Shown here one piece after another: positions 47,026 through 56,795 of a stretch of DNA of 64,000 nt; the first letter of the stretch is position 1, and every line of letters begins with the position of its first letter. Made by a program: the position numbers and the translations under genes. The stretch covers positions 128,001 to 192,000 of the forward strand of contig CBDBLV010000005.1 of the NCBI GenBank assembly GCA_965207225.1. Reading direction: 5' to 3'. The DNA is from Dehalococcoidia bacterium (GTDB lineage Bacteria; Chloroflexota; Dehalococcoidia; Plut-88900). The notes under the pieces were generated by a model. It was not told the origin of the DNA. It worked only from the letters and a program-made list of their open reading frames with translations, and did not search any database.

Positions 47026-47784
47026 TTAGTTTTCTTCGCCGTAGCTTTGGAGGGCCTCGGGGGGGAAGTCTGCGTTGGAAAAGATGCGCTGGATATCGTC
47101 CAGGGCCTCCAGCTTGTCCATGAGGCGGAGGGTCTGGAGGGCGCCCTTTTCGTCTAGCTCGATCATGGACTTAGGAATCATGGAGAGCTCTGCGGAGTCG
47201 ATGGCGATTTCCTGACCTTCAAGCTCTTTACGCACGGACTCCAGGGTGTCAGGTCGGGTGTGGACTTCGAGGGTTGAGTCCTCGATCTTGACGTCCTCGG
47301 CGCCGGCGTCGATGGCGACGAGGGCGAGCTCCTCGGGGTCTTCGGAGGCGGGGGTGATCATGATTACGCCCTTGGAGTCGAAATTCCAGGCGACGGAGCC
47401 GGTCTCGCCGAGGTTGCCGCCGTTGCGGGTGAGGGTGCTGCGTACCTCGGCGACGGTGCGGTTCTTGTTGTCGGTGAGGGCCTGAACCATAAGGGCTGCG
47501 CCACCCGGGCCGTAGCCTTCGTAGGTGACCTCGAAAAGGTCGTCGGCGTTGGCGCCGTCGCCCGCGGCGCGCTTGATGGCCCGCTCGATGTTGTCCATGG
47601 GCATGTTGTTGTCGCGTGCCCTCTGGACGGCGAGGCGAAGGTTGAAGTTGGCGTCGGGGTCGGGGCCTCCGCGCTGGACGGCTACGGAGATCTCGCGGCC
47701 AAGCTTGGTGAAGAGCTGGCCTCGGCGGGCGTCGTTAGCCCCCTTCTGTCTCTTGATGGTGGACCATTTGGAGTGTCCCGACAT
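47026..47784 (-). CDS. yebC: YebC/PmpR family protein
   Basis: MSGHSKWSTIKRQK, YEGYGPGG and TDNKNRT. Confidence 0.96.
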   Translation of the reverse strand: MSGHSKWSTIKRQKGANDARRGQLFTKLGREISVAVQRGGPDPDANFNLRLAVQRARDNNMPMDNIERAIKRAAGDGANADDLFEVTYEGYGPGGAALMVQALTDNKNRTVAEVRSTLTRNGGNLGETGSVAWNFDSKGVIMITPASEDPEELALVAIDAGAEDVKIEDSTLEVHTRPDTLESVRKELEGQEIAIDSAELSMIPKSMIELDEKGALQTLRLMDKLEALDDIQRIFSNADFPPEALQSYGEEN

Positions 47785-47902
47785 GGGCATACCTCCTTCA
47801 ACACTCCAGCAGGGAGTAGGGCTTATGGAGATTATTATAGCGGATGAGGGGTCGTGGGCGACTTAGACGGATGACCAGTGTCAAAATGACTGTAGACCGA
47901 CG

Positions 47903-48322
47903 ATGGAGAAACGAGAAATTACTGATTACCTCGCTGGGGGTGCCCCAGCGACCGAGGTGGATTTGATTGATAGAAGACTGCTAATTGGGGGGAGCGCAAT
48001 GGCCCTGATTCTCACCACGGCCCTAGCCGGCCTTTTTCTCTTCATCCCCCTAATCAGCCCGGAGACTAGCGCCACCTGGGCCGAGTCGGGAACACTTTGC
48101 GGTATGGCATTGGTGGGAGTCGCCTCAGCGGGGGTCACCCTTCAGTCCGCCCGGCATGGTGGGAGGTGGGGATGGGTGGGCCTAGCCCTAGGACTGTTTT
48201 ATCTGGTTGTGCCGTGGACAATCCCCTACTTCGTAGGAGTGGTCCATCTGACCGTTTTACCAGCCGGGTTCACCACTGCGATCGCCGTGGCGAACACGTT
48301 CTCTCGAAGACTGCGGGAATGA
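47903..48322 (+). CDS. Hypothetical membrane protein
   Basis: About four hydrophobic segments; no recognised motif. Confidence 0.55.
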   Translation: MEKREITDYLAGGAPATEVDLIDRRLLIGGSAMALILTTALAGLFLFIPLISPETSATWAESGTLCGMALVGVASAGVTLQSARHGGRWGWVGLALGLFYLVVPWTIPYFVGVVHLTVLPAGFTTAIAVANTFSRRLRE

Positions 48323-48356
48323 TAATCACCAGACGCCTTTTGAAAGCCCAGAATAG

Positions 48357-48848
48357 TCAAATGACTTCCGTGTCTTCGACGACCATCCGGCCGGCCTGCA
48401 GGTCTATCTCTACTACGAAGTCGGGGAGGACGGGAACGAGTAGCTCGCCGTTGGGGGTCTGGATCAGGTAGACATCGTTGGCCGGGGTTTCGAGAACGTC
48501 CTTGACGGGACCCAGCTCCCGGCCATCCCTGGTGACCGCGAGGAGGCCGATGATCTGGAAGCGGTAGAACTGGCCCTCGGGGAGGGGGTGAAGCTGGGAC
48601 TCAGGGACCTGGAGGAGGGCACCGCGGAGGGTCTCGGCGTCCTCAGGGGTGTCGACGCCCTTGAACTTCAGGACCCAACGGTGCTTCTGGGGTCGGCTGG
48701 CGGTTATTTCGAAGGGCTGGTCATCGAGGAGGAGGGTGCTGCCGGGAGCGAAGCGGTCTGGGAAGTCGGTGAGGGATTCGACGACAACGCGGCCCCGGAG
48801 GCCGAAGGGTTTGATTATCCGGGCGACGGTTATGGGGGAGTCGGGCAT
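48357..48848 (-). CDS. rimM: Ribosome maturation factor RimM
   Basis: I.KPFGLRG, TDFPDRF, LPEGQFY..IIGL and TPANDVY. Confidence 0.93.
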   Translation of the reverse strand: MPDSPITVARIIKPFGLRGRVVVESLTDFPDRFAPGSTLLLDDQPFEITASRPQKHRWVLKFKGVDTPEDAETLRGALLQVPESQLHPLPEGQFYRFQIIGLLAVTRDGRELGPVKDVLETPANDVYLIQTPNGELLVPVLPDFVVEIDLQAGRMVVEDTEVI

Positions 48849-49024
48849 GGTGGGGGGATTTTACATGAATGGGGAAGATCGCCCTCACCCCAGCCCTCTC
48901 CCGTCAAGGGAGAGGGGGCCGGAGGCCTCTCTTCGCCACCCCAGATTCCTCGCGGGGCATCGGGATGGTGTGGAAACAGGCGCGGGCTGATGCGGGAGGG
49001 GCAAGGAAAGAGTAGGGGAGGGGG

Positions 49025-49252
49025 CTATACGATTTCGAGGACGGCGCGGACGCCACGCTTGGCGGCGCCGACTCGGAGGAGGGTCCTCATGGCCTGGGCG
49101 ACGCGGCCCTCGCGGCCGATAACCTTGCCCTTGTCGTCTGCGGCGACTTCAAGGCGGATGACGATCCTGTCTTCCTCTTCTTCCTCAGTCACGACAACGG
49201 AGTCGGGATCGTCGGCTATGAATCTGGCAAGGTACTCGATAAGCTCTTTCAC
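49025..49252 (-). CDS. khpA: KH-domain RNA-binding protein (KhpA/YlqC)
   Basis: [16 protein letters not shown]; located between rpsP and rimM. Confidence 0.92.
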   Translation of the reverse strand: MKELIEYLARFIADDPDSVVVTEEEEEDRIVIRLEVAADDKGKVIGREGRVAQAMRTLLRVGAAKRGVRAVLEIV

Positions 49253-49506
49253 CCGCCCTTAACCTTTTGCAAGGCGCCCGTCCTGTTCAAGAGCTTGGCG
49301 ACGCTATCGGTGGGCTGGGCGCCCTTTCTGAGCCAATCTATCGCCTTTTCTTCGTCGATTGTAAGGGCGGGAGGATCGGGGATGGGGTCATAGTGGCCGA
49401 TATTGTCTACGAAACGGCCGTCCCTTGGGGAGCGGGAGTCGGCGACGACGACCCGGTACTTGGGGTTCTGCTTGGACCCGACTCTTCTGAGTCTTATCTT
49501 GAGCAT
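49249..49506 (-). CDS. rpsP: 30S ribosomal protein S16
   Basis: [34 protein letters not shown]. Confidence 0.97.
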   Translation of the reverse strand: MLKIRLRRVGSKQNPKYRVVVADSRSPRDGRFVDNIGHYDPIPDPPALTIDEEKAIDWLRKGAQPTDSVAKLLNRTGALQKVKGG

Positions 49507-49691
49507 TTGTAAGTTGTCCGATCGAATAGAGGAAAGCCGTGATGGAGGAGTCGGATAATTGCGGCCTTTCCCGGACAGCACCGTCTCGCTGACGGCCCTG
49601 ACCCTCAGTTTGATAGAATTGACGAATTCTAGCCTTGAGAGGGCGTGATTGTCAAACTTGACGCCTGTCTGAATAGGCTGAGGAGCTGCGG

Positions 49692-50030
49692 ATGCTTGAA
49701 TACAAAGGTTATTTGGGAGAAGTCGTATTCGATGACGAGGCGGGGGTCCTGCACGCCAGGGTAATCAACAGCGGCTCTTATCCGATTGCCAATGCCGAGG
49801 CAACCGACGCGGAAGGGATCAGGAGGGAGTTTCGAATCTCGATTGACGAGTATCTGGCTTCCTGCAATGAGCTGGGTATTGAGCCGGTCAGGCCATTTTC
49901 AGGTGATCTTCGTCTCCGACTAGGGTCCGAGCTCCACAGGAGGGCTACGGTGGCAGCTATGGACGCCGGTGTGAGCCTTAACGCCTGGATAAAGCAGGCC
50001 GTGGAGACTGCCAGCAAGGGAGTGAGGTAG
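49692..50030 (+). CDS. hicB: HicB-family antitoxin (solo)
   Basis: MLEYKGY.G.V.FD..F..SIDEYL..P..PFSG...LRL...LH...A...G.SLN.WI. Confidence 0.88.
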   Translation: MLEYKGYLGEVVFDDEAGVLHARVINSGSYPIANAEATDAEGIRREFRISIDEYLASCNELGIEPVRPFSGDLRLRLGSELHRRATVAAMDAGVSLNAWIKQAVETASKGVR

Positions 50031-50174
50031 TACACGGGATAGGAAGTGAGGGCTGGAAGGCGAGGTGGGATTTTTATTGTCGGCCTTGTAAAAACCCATG
50101 TGGTTGGGTAGAGTAGCCGCGTTTAACGAAAAATCGGATAGAGGCTCCGGGTCGGGGCCCGGGAGGATATTCAG

Positions 50175-50570
50175 TTGTCTATAACACTGTCAGAAGCCGA
50201 GACCGTGCTGGCTGCAGCAAAGGCGGAGGCCCGCAGGATGGGCGTAGGCATAAGCGCGACGGTGGTCGATGCCAGGGGTGATTTCGTGGCGGCATTCCGT
50301 ATGGACGGCGTGGGCTGGTTCACGGCGGACGTGTGCCGGGGGAAGGCGTTTGCCTCGGCGAACTTCGGGGTGCCAACGACGGACTTGATGGAGCTGGCGG
50401 GCAACCCCGTGTTCCAGAGCCTGGTGCAGATGCAAGGGGGCCGGATGGTGCTGGGCAAGGGAGCGGTGCCCATCAAGAAGGGGGACCAGGTGATCGGGGC
50501 GATTGGGGTGAGCGGGGCGACGGCGCAGGAGGACGAGGACATAGCGATGGTCGGGGCGCGGGCGATCTAG
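50175..50570 (+). CDS. GlcG/HbpS family heme-binding protein
   Basis: VVD..G...RMDG...KA..SA and GAIGVSG...ED. Confidence 0.88.
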   Translation: MSITLSEAETVLAAAKAEARRMGVGISATVVDARGDFVAAFRMDGVGWFTADVCRGKAFASANFGVPTTDLMELAGNPVFQSLVQMQGGRMVLGKGAVPIKKGDQVIGAIGVSGATAQEDEDIAMVGARAI

Positions 50571-50622
50571 CAGCTGGCCCCAGACCTGGTAACACCGACT
50601 GAGAAACGGGGGACATAGGCCA

Positions 50623-51777
50623 ATGGACTACGGCAAGATGGCTGTCGAGATGCACCGGAAGGCTCGCGGCAAGATAAGCATGAACTCCAAGGTGCCGCTG
50701 GAGTCGGTGCTGGACATGTCCCTCGCGTACACGCCGGGTGTAGCGCAAGTCAGCCTTGATGTGGCCGCGGACAAACGGGAGGCCTACGAGCTGACCAACA
50801 AGGGGAACATGGTTGCCGTCGTGAGCGATGGGTCGGCGGTGCTGGGGCTGGGGAACATCGGGGCGGAGGGGGCGATGCCGGTGATGGAGGGGAAGGCGGT
50901 GCTGTTCAGGGAGCTGGCGGGGGTGGATGCGTGGCCGATATGCGTCGCGACCCAGGACCCGGACGAGATAATCATGATCGTGCGGAACCTGGCCCCGACC
51001 TTCGGGGGGATCAACCTGGAGGACATTTCGGCGCCCAGGTGCTTCTATATCGAGGAGAACCTGATGGACATCGGGATTCCGGTGTTCCACGATGACCAGC
51101 ACGGTACGGCGGTGGTAACGCTGGCGGCGGCGATCAACGCGCTGAAGGTTGTGGGCAAGGGCTTCGATGAGGTGAAGGTGGTGTTCAGCGGGGCGGGGGC
51201 CAGCGGGATAGCCTGTGCGCAGATCCTGCAGGAGATGGGGACGACGGACATAGTGCTGGTCGATTCCCGGGGGGCGATATACAAGGGTCGGGACAACCTG
51301 AACTCGATGAAGGAGAGGATCGCGGAGACCACGAACCACAGGATGGAGAGCGGGTCGGTCCACGACGTCATCAAGGGAGCGGATATGTTCATCGGGCTGT
51401 CGACGAAGGACCTGCTGGACGCCGACGACATCCGGAACATGAACAAGGACGCCATAGTTCTGGCGATGGCCAACCCGGACCCGGAGATCCTGCCCGACGA
51501 GGCGTTCAAGGGCGGGGCTAAGGTAGTGGGTACGGGACGCAGCGACATGCTGAACCAGGTGAACAACGTTCTCGGGTTCCCGGGTATCTTCCGTGGGGCG
51601 CTCGATGCCCGGGCGGAGCGGGTGACGATGGGTATGAAGATTGCTGCGGGCCACGCGATAGCAGGTGTCATAGAGGAGCCGACGCCGGAGGAGATTATCC
51701 CGTACGCTTTGAATACGGCGGTGGTTCCGGCGGTGGCGGAGGCTGTTGAGCAGGCGTGGAGGGTGGAGTCGAGGTAG
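50623..51777 (+). CDS. NAD(P)-dependent malic enzyme
   Basis: LAYTPGVA, GLGNIG, PVMEGK, INLEDI, FHDDQHGT and NQVNN. Confidence 0.95.
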   Translation: MDYGKMAVEMHRKARGKISMNSKVPLESVLDMSLAYTPGVAQVSLDVAADKREAYELTNKGNMVAVVSDGSAVLGLGNIGAEGAMPVMEGKAVLFRELAGVDAWPICVATQDPDEIIMIVRNLAPTFGGINLEDISAPRCFYIEENLMDIGIPVFHDDQHGTAVVTLAAAINALKVVGKGFDEVKVVFSGAGASGIACAQILQEMGTTDIVLVDSRGAIYKGRDNLNSMKERIAETTNHRMESGSVHDVIKGADMFIGLSTKDLLDADDIRNMNKDAIVLAMANPDPEILPDEAFKGGAKVVGTGRSDMLNQVNNVLGFPGIFRGALDARAERVTMGMKIAAGHAIAGVIEEPTPEEIIPYALNTAVVPAVAEAVEQAWRVESR

Positions 51778-52107
51778 CTGTTAAGCACATCTGAAGTGAG
51801 GTACGGACCCTTCTGCGGAAGCAGAGGGGTCTTTGCTTTTGTGGGGGAGGGCGACCCGTCGGTCGCCCCTATGGAGGATAGGCCCCCGCGGGATGGATTC
51901 CGGCTCTGGGCTGGGGTGACGGGGAAGTGGAAGGGCTGGAAATCCCGTGAAAATCCGTGGGGGGAACCTCTTGACGGGGCTTGTGAAAGTTATTACAGTA
52001 TCATAAGTACGTATTAGCGATACATAAATATATAGTTATATACATACTACAATATGCCGGTCGTATTGCCGACGTACAACGGTCAGGTAAGTGGGGAGGT
52101 TTACGGC

Positions 52108-52833
52108 ATGAGCCTGAGAACGTCTAACGGGGTGCAGGACCTGGAGCGAGACTCGCTTACCGGTCTGTATACGCGAGCCTCCGCGAACAGGATTGTGAAG
52201 ATCGGGATCGAGGAGGCGCTGGGGGACGGCGGGATGATATCAGTGGCCCTGCTGGACGTGGACAGGTTCGAGCTGTTTGACGAAGAGCACGGACTTTCGG
52301 CAGGGGACGCACTGCTTAAGGCGGTATCGGAAATCCTGCGGAACGCGGAGACCGGGGCCGAAGCCATATCCCGCTATAGCAGGGACACGTTTCTGCTGAT
52401 ATTCCCGGGCCGGGGGCCCGAGGACGCCCTGCTGGCCGCGGAAAAGGTACGCTCCTTCTTTGATACCAACCCCCTGAGCCTCGGCCACCAGGACGAGCCG
52501 TTGGAGGTGAAGGTGTCGCTGAGCAGCGGAGTCGCATCCTACCCCAACCAGGCCCATGACGACCGGGACCTGCTGCGGAAGGCGCAGGGGGCACTGATCC
52601 GGGCGAAGGAGACGGGTCGGGGGCGGACGAACCTGTGGCAGCGGTCCAAGGAGACCCGGATGGCCCTGAAGACGAGCTACTACGCCCAGACGCAGCTGGA
52701 CCAGCTATCGGAGCTGGCGGACGAGCTGTCCAGGAGTGAGGCATCGCTGCTGCGGGAGGCGATGGATGACCTGCTGTGGAAGTTCTACAGCCTGCGGGTC
52801 CGTCCCCCCGAGGAGCCCCGGGGCAAGAAGTAG
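52108..52833 (+). CDS. Degenerate GGDEF domain fused to C-terminal ribbon-helix-helix
   Basis: DSLTGL, LDVDRF, GDALL, active site RYSRDTF, SSGVA; C-terminal TSYY...QL..L.ELA....RSEASLLREAMDDLL. Confidence 0.8.
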   Translation: MSLRTSNGVQDLERDSLTGLYTRASANRIVKIGIEEALGDGGMISVALLDVDRFELFDEEHGLSAGDALLKAVSEILRNAETGAEAISRYSRDTFLLIFPGRGPEDALLAAEKVRSFFDTNPLSLGHQDEPLEVKVSLSSGVASYPNQAHDDRDLLRKAQGALIRAKETGRGRTNLWQRSKETRMALKTSYYAQTQLDQLSELADELSRSEASLLREAMDDLLWKFYSLRVRPPEEPRGKK

Positions 52834-52876
52834 CCGAATCCCAGTTTGAGCACCAGTAGTTTCAGGAGGTCCAGAA

Positions 52877-53875
52877 TTGAGAACCATCAGGAAGATAGTG
52901 CCCTGGCAGCGCATGGGAGTTGCGCTGCTTGTGGGCATGTTAGCCGTCGGGGTTGCAGTGGCTTGCGGAGGCGGCACTTCGACTGAGGGGGGCGGATCCT
53001 CGGCAACTACGGGCAGTGCGGGGGAACAGCTGAGCGGCGACATTGAGATCGACGGCTCCAGCACGGTGTTTCCCGTGACTGCCGCCGTAGCGGAAGAGTT
53101 CCGCAAGGAACACGGAGACGTACAGATCAACGTCGGGTTTTCGGGCACGGGCGGTGGATTCAAGCGTTTCGCTGCCGGCGAGACGGTTATAAGCGACGCC
53201 TCCCGTCCGATCCTGGAGGAGGAGGCGGAAGCTGCGGAAGCCAACGGAATTGAGTACATAGAGCTCAGGGTCGGGACAGATGGACTCTCCGTGATGGTGA
53301 GTCCGAAGAACGACTTCGTGGACTGCCTGAGCGTCGACCAGCTGCACGAAATCTGGAAGCCGGAGAGCACGGTCAACAACTGGAACCAGATCAACCCGGA
53401 CTGGCCCGACAACAAGATCAATCTGTACGGCCCGGGCACCGACTCCGGAACCTTCGATTACTTCACCGAAGAGGTTAACGGAGAGGCCAAGGTCAGCAGG
53501 GCGGACTACACCGCCAGCGAGGACGACAACGTGCTGGTCCGGGGCATCGCGGGCGACCGGAACGCTCTCGGTTACTTCGGGTATGCATACTACGCAGAGA
53601 ATGCGGACAAACTGAAGGTCATCGGTGTGGACCACGGAGAAGGCTGCGTGCTCCCGTCACCGGAGACTATCGAGGACGGCAGCTACGGCAAGCTGTCCCG
53701 GCCGCTGTTCATCTACGTGGACGTGGATGCCCTGAAGAACAGGCCGGAGGTAGCTGCATTCGTAGACTTCTTCCTGGACAACGTCCCGGAGCTAGTCAGG
53801 GAAGTTGGATACATTGCGGAGCCGCCCGCGGTGTACGACGAGGGTCGGGCGAAGGTGGCGGCGGCAAAGGAATAA
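52877..53875 (+). CDS. pstS: Phosphate ABC transporter substrate-binding lipoprotein
   Basis: Lipobox VAC, DGSSTV, SGTGGG, ASR, DSGT and RPLFIY. Confidence 0.95.
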   Translation: MRTIRKIVPWQRMGVALLVGMLAVGVAVACGGGTSTEGGGSSATTGSAGEQLSGDIEIDGSSTVFPVTAAVAEEFRKEHGDVQINVGFSGTGGGFKRFAAGETVISDASRPILEEEAEAAEANGIEYIELRVGTDGLSVMVSPKNDFVDCLSVDQLHEIWKPESTVNNWNQINPDWPDNKINLYGPGTDSGTFDYFTEEVNGEAKVSRADYTASEDDNVLVRGIAGDRNALGYFGYAYYAENADKLKVIGVDHGEGCVLPSPETIEDGSYGKLSRPLFIYVDVDALKNRPEVAAFVDFFLDNVPELVREVGYIAEPPAVYDEGRAKVAAAKE

Positions 53876-54162
53876 TGAGTAAGAGATTTGCGAGTTGCTT
53901 TAGGTTGACTCCGAAACCCGCCCCGCCCATTCCGCTCTTGAGACCCTTCGACTCTGCTCAGGGCGAGCGTAATGCCCCACCCCAGTCAGGGCATCTGTAA
54001 TCGCCTCGGGGGCCGGAATGACGAGAACAAACAAGACAACTACTTGATTCCCCCCATCTGTGAGGGCGGCGGCGCTCAATGCGCCGGGGTGGGACCGCCG
54101 CTCCCATCATGCCCTTTAAAGAATTGGGAAAGGGGCATAAAGCTTTTATAATGAAGCAATCC

Positions 54163-55119
54163 ATGGCGGAGACCAGGGAGCCCACGATCCCTTCAAAGGC
54201 CGAGACCCGGGCCCCAACACGGGTAAAGGATGCACGACGCCGGCGGCGAGACCTCGAAGGCAACGCCGTCCGGTATCTTTTCTTCCTCTGCGCCCTCGTA
54301 TCCATTGTCACGACGGTGGGCATAGTAGTCAGCCTGTTGAGCCAGGCCGTGGGATTCTTCCAGGAAGTCCCGTTCTGGGAATTCTTCTTCGGCACCCGCT
54401 GGACGCCTATCCTGAAGCCGAACTCCTACGGTGTTCTGCCGCTGGTCGGGGGCACGCTGCTGGTGGCAGGGCTGGCCCTGGCGGTGGCCATACCGGTCGG
54501 GCTTGCGATAGCGATCTTCCTGGCGGAGTACGCCCCCGACAAGATGAGACGGGTAATCAAGCCCGCCCTGGAGGTGCTGGCGGGGATCCCGACGGTGGTG
54601 TACGGCTACTTTGCCCTGACCTGGGTGTCACCGCAACTGCAGAACATATTCCCCAACATGCTCATCTTCAACGCCCTGAGCGCGGGCGTGGTGATGGGGA
54701 TAATGGTCATCCCTATGGTCTCGTCGCTGAGCGAGGACGCCATGCTGGCCGTGCCGCGGTCACTGAGGGAAGGGGCCTATGCGCTGGGTGCGACCAAGCT
54801 GGAGGTGTCGCTGAAGGTGGTGGTGCCGGCGGCGTTGTCGGGGATCGTGGCTGCGTTCATCCTGGCGCTGTCCCGGGCCATCGGGGAGACGATGCTGGTG
54901 ACCATCGCCGCGGGCGCTACGCCCAACCTGACCTGGAACCCGACCGAGAGCATCCAGGCGATGACCGCTTACATAGTCCAGCTGGCCCTAGGGGAAGCTC
55001 CGCACGGGTCGATTGAATACCAGACGATCTTCGCTGTAGCGATACTGCTGTTTGCCCTGACGCTGACGGCGAACATGGTGGGCCACTGGTTCGTGCGCAG
55101 GTGGCAAGAGAAGTACTGA
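54163..55119 (+). CDS. pstC: Phosphate ABC transporter permease
   Basis: [10 protein letters not shown] and SRAIGETM. Confidence 0.95.
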   Translation: MAETREPTIPSKAETRAPTRVKDARRRRRDLEGNAVRYLFFLCALVSIVTTVGIVVSLLSQAVGFFQEVPFWEFFFGTRWTPILKPNSYGVLPLVGGTLLVAGLALAVAIPVGLAIAIFLAEYAPDKMRRVIKPALEVLAGIPTVVYGYFALTWVSPQLQNIFPNMLIFNALSAGVVMGIMVIPMVSSLSEDAMLAVPRSLREGAYALGATKLEVSLKVVVPAALSGIVAAFILALSRAIGETMLVTIAAGATPNLTWNPTESIQAMTAYIVQLALGEAPHGSIEYQTIFAVAILLFALTLTANMVGHWFVRRWQEKY

Positions 55120-56003
55120 TGCAGCGGATTACCGGCGGTTCATTCGATCCACGGCTGGCGTTTCGCAAGAGCGTGGGGACGGGGTTTGTCGGGCTCTTCC
55201 TGCTGGCCCTGTGCATAGGCCTGGCCGGGCTGATCATCCTGATCATCCAAGTGCTGATCGAAGGGGTGCCGTGGCTTAGCTGGACACTGCTGTCCAGCTA
55301 CCAGTCCCGTTTCCCGGAACAGGCGGGCCTACTGGCGCCGGTAATCGGGAGCCTGTGGCTGATGGCGCTGACGGCGGCATTTACGGTGCCCGTGGGTGTC
55401 GGGGCGGCGGTGTATCTCGAAGAATACGCGCCGAAGAACCGGTTGACGCAGATTATCGAAATAAATATCTCCAACCTGGCGGGGGTGCCGTCCATCGTAT
55501 ACGGCCTTCTTGGGTTGGCGGTGTTCGTACAGTGGATGGCGATGGGCAGGTCGCTGCTGGCGGGGGGGCTCACGCTGTCTTTGCTGGTGCTGCCGATAGT
55601 TATTCTGACGTCACGGGAGGCGATTCGGGCAGTTCCGCAGAGCTACCGGCAGGGGGCCTACGCCCTGGGCTCGACGCAGTGGGAAGTTACGAAGAAGATA
55701 GTGCTCCCGGCCGCGTTCCCCGGAATCCTGACGGGGGTTATACTGGCGATGTCCAGGGCGGTCGGGGAGGCGGCGCCGATACTGGCGATCACGGCCCTGG
55801 TGTACGTGACCTTCGTACCCAGCAATCCCCTGGACAGGTTCACCATCCTGCCGTTACAGATCTTCGACTGGGTCGGGAGGCCGCAGGAGGACTTCCAGGC
55901 ACTGGCGGCTGCGGGCATCATCATCCTGCTGGGGCTGCTCCTATCGATGAACGCATTAGCCATTTTCTTACGCAACAAGTATCAGAAGAGGTCGGAGGAA
56001 TAG
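55119..56003 (+). CDS. pstA: Phosphate ABC transporter permease
   Basis: [14 protein letters not shown] and RAVGEAAP. Confidence 0.95.
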   Translation: MQRITGGSFDPRLAFRKSVGTGFVGLFLLALCIGLAGLIILIIQVLIEGVPWLSWTLLSSYQSRFPEQAGLLAPVIGSLWLMALTAAFTVPVGVGAAVYLEEYAPKNRLTQIIEINISNLAGVPSIVYGLLGLAVFVQWMAMGRSLLAGGLTLSLLVLPIVILTSREAIRAVPQSYRQGAYALGSTQWEVTKKIVLPAAFPGILTGVILAMSRAVGEAAPILAITALVYVTFVPSNPLDRFTILPLQIFDWVGRPQEDFQALAAAGIIILLGLLLSMNALAIFLRNKYQKRSEE

Positions 56004-56004
56004 A

Positions 56005-56778
56005 ATGGGGGAGTCGGACGTAATCCTCGAGGCCCGGGACCTGTACAGCTGGTATGGGTCGTTCTGCGCTGTCAGGGACGTGAGCATGGGCATCGAGCAG
56101 AACAAGGTGACTGCGCTCATCGGGCCGTCGGGGTGCGGGAAGAGCACACTGCTGCGGTGCTTCAACCGGATGAACGAACTGGTGCCCGGGGCACATATCG
56201 ACGGCGAGGTGCTCTACCACGACGAGGATATATACGGCGAAGAGATGGACGCCACCGAAATCCGGTCGAAGATAGGGATGGTGTTCCAGAAGCCGAACCC
56301 GTTTCCCAAGTCGATCTACCAGAACGTGGCTTTTGGCTTGCGGATTAACGGGTACAAGGGAGACGAAGGGGAGGCGGTGGAGCAGGCCCTCCGGAGGGCG
56401 GCGCTCTGGAACGAGGTGGAGGACCGGCTGAACGAGGGGGCGCTTACGCTGTCGGGGGGTCAGCAGCAGCGGCTGTGCATAGCCCGGGCGCTGGCGGTGG
56501 AGCCGGAGGTGCTGCTGATGGACGAGCCGTGCTCGGCACTGGACCCGATAGCGACGCTGGCCATAGAGGACTTGATCCGGGACCTGGTGTCGGATATCAC
56601 GATTGTCATAGTGACACACAACATGCAGCAGGCGGCGCGAGTGTCGGACCATACGGCGTTCCTGATGATGGGAGACAACCGGGCGGGCTACCTAGTCGAG
56701 CACGGGCCCACGAACGATATCTTCACCAACCCGAAGGAAGAAAGCACTGAAGCCTACATCACGGGCCGGTTCAGCTAG
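56005..56778 (+). CDS. pstB: Phosphate ABC transporter ATPase
   Basis: [30 protein letters not shown] and YITGRF. Confidence 0.96.
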   Translation: MGESDVILEARDLYSWYGSFCAVRDVSMGIEQNKVTALIGPSGCGKSTLLRCFNRMNELVPGAHIDGEVLYHDEDIYGEEMDATEIRSKIGMVFQKPNPFPKSIYQNVAFGLRINGYKGDEGEAVEQALRRAALWNEVEDRLNEGALTLSGGQQQRLCIARALAVEPEVLLMDEPCSALDPIATLAIEDLIRDLVSDITIVIVTHNMQQAARVSDHTAFLMMGDNRAGYLVEHGPTNDIFTNPKEESTEAYITGRFS

Positions 56779-56795
56779 AGTCAGGCGGTAATCCC

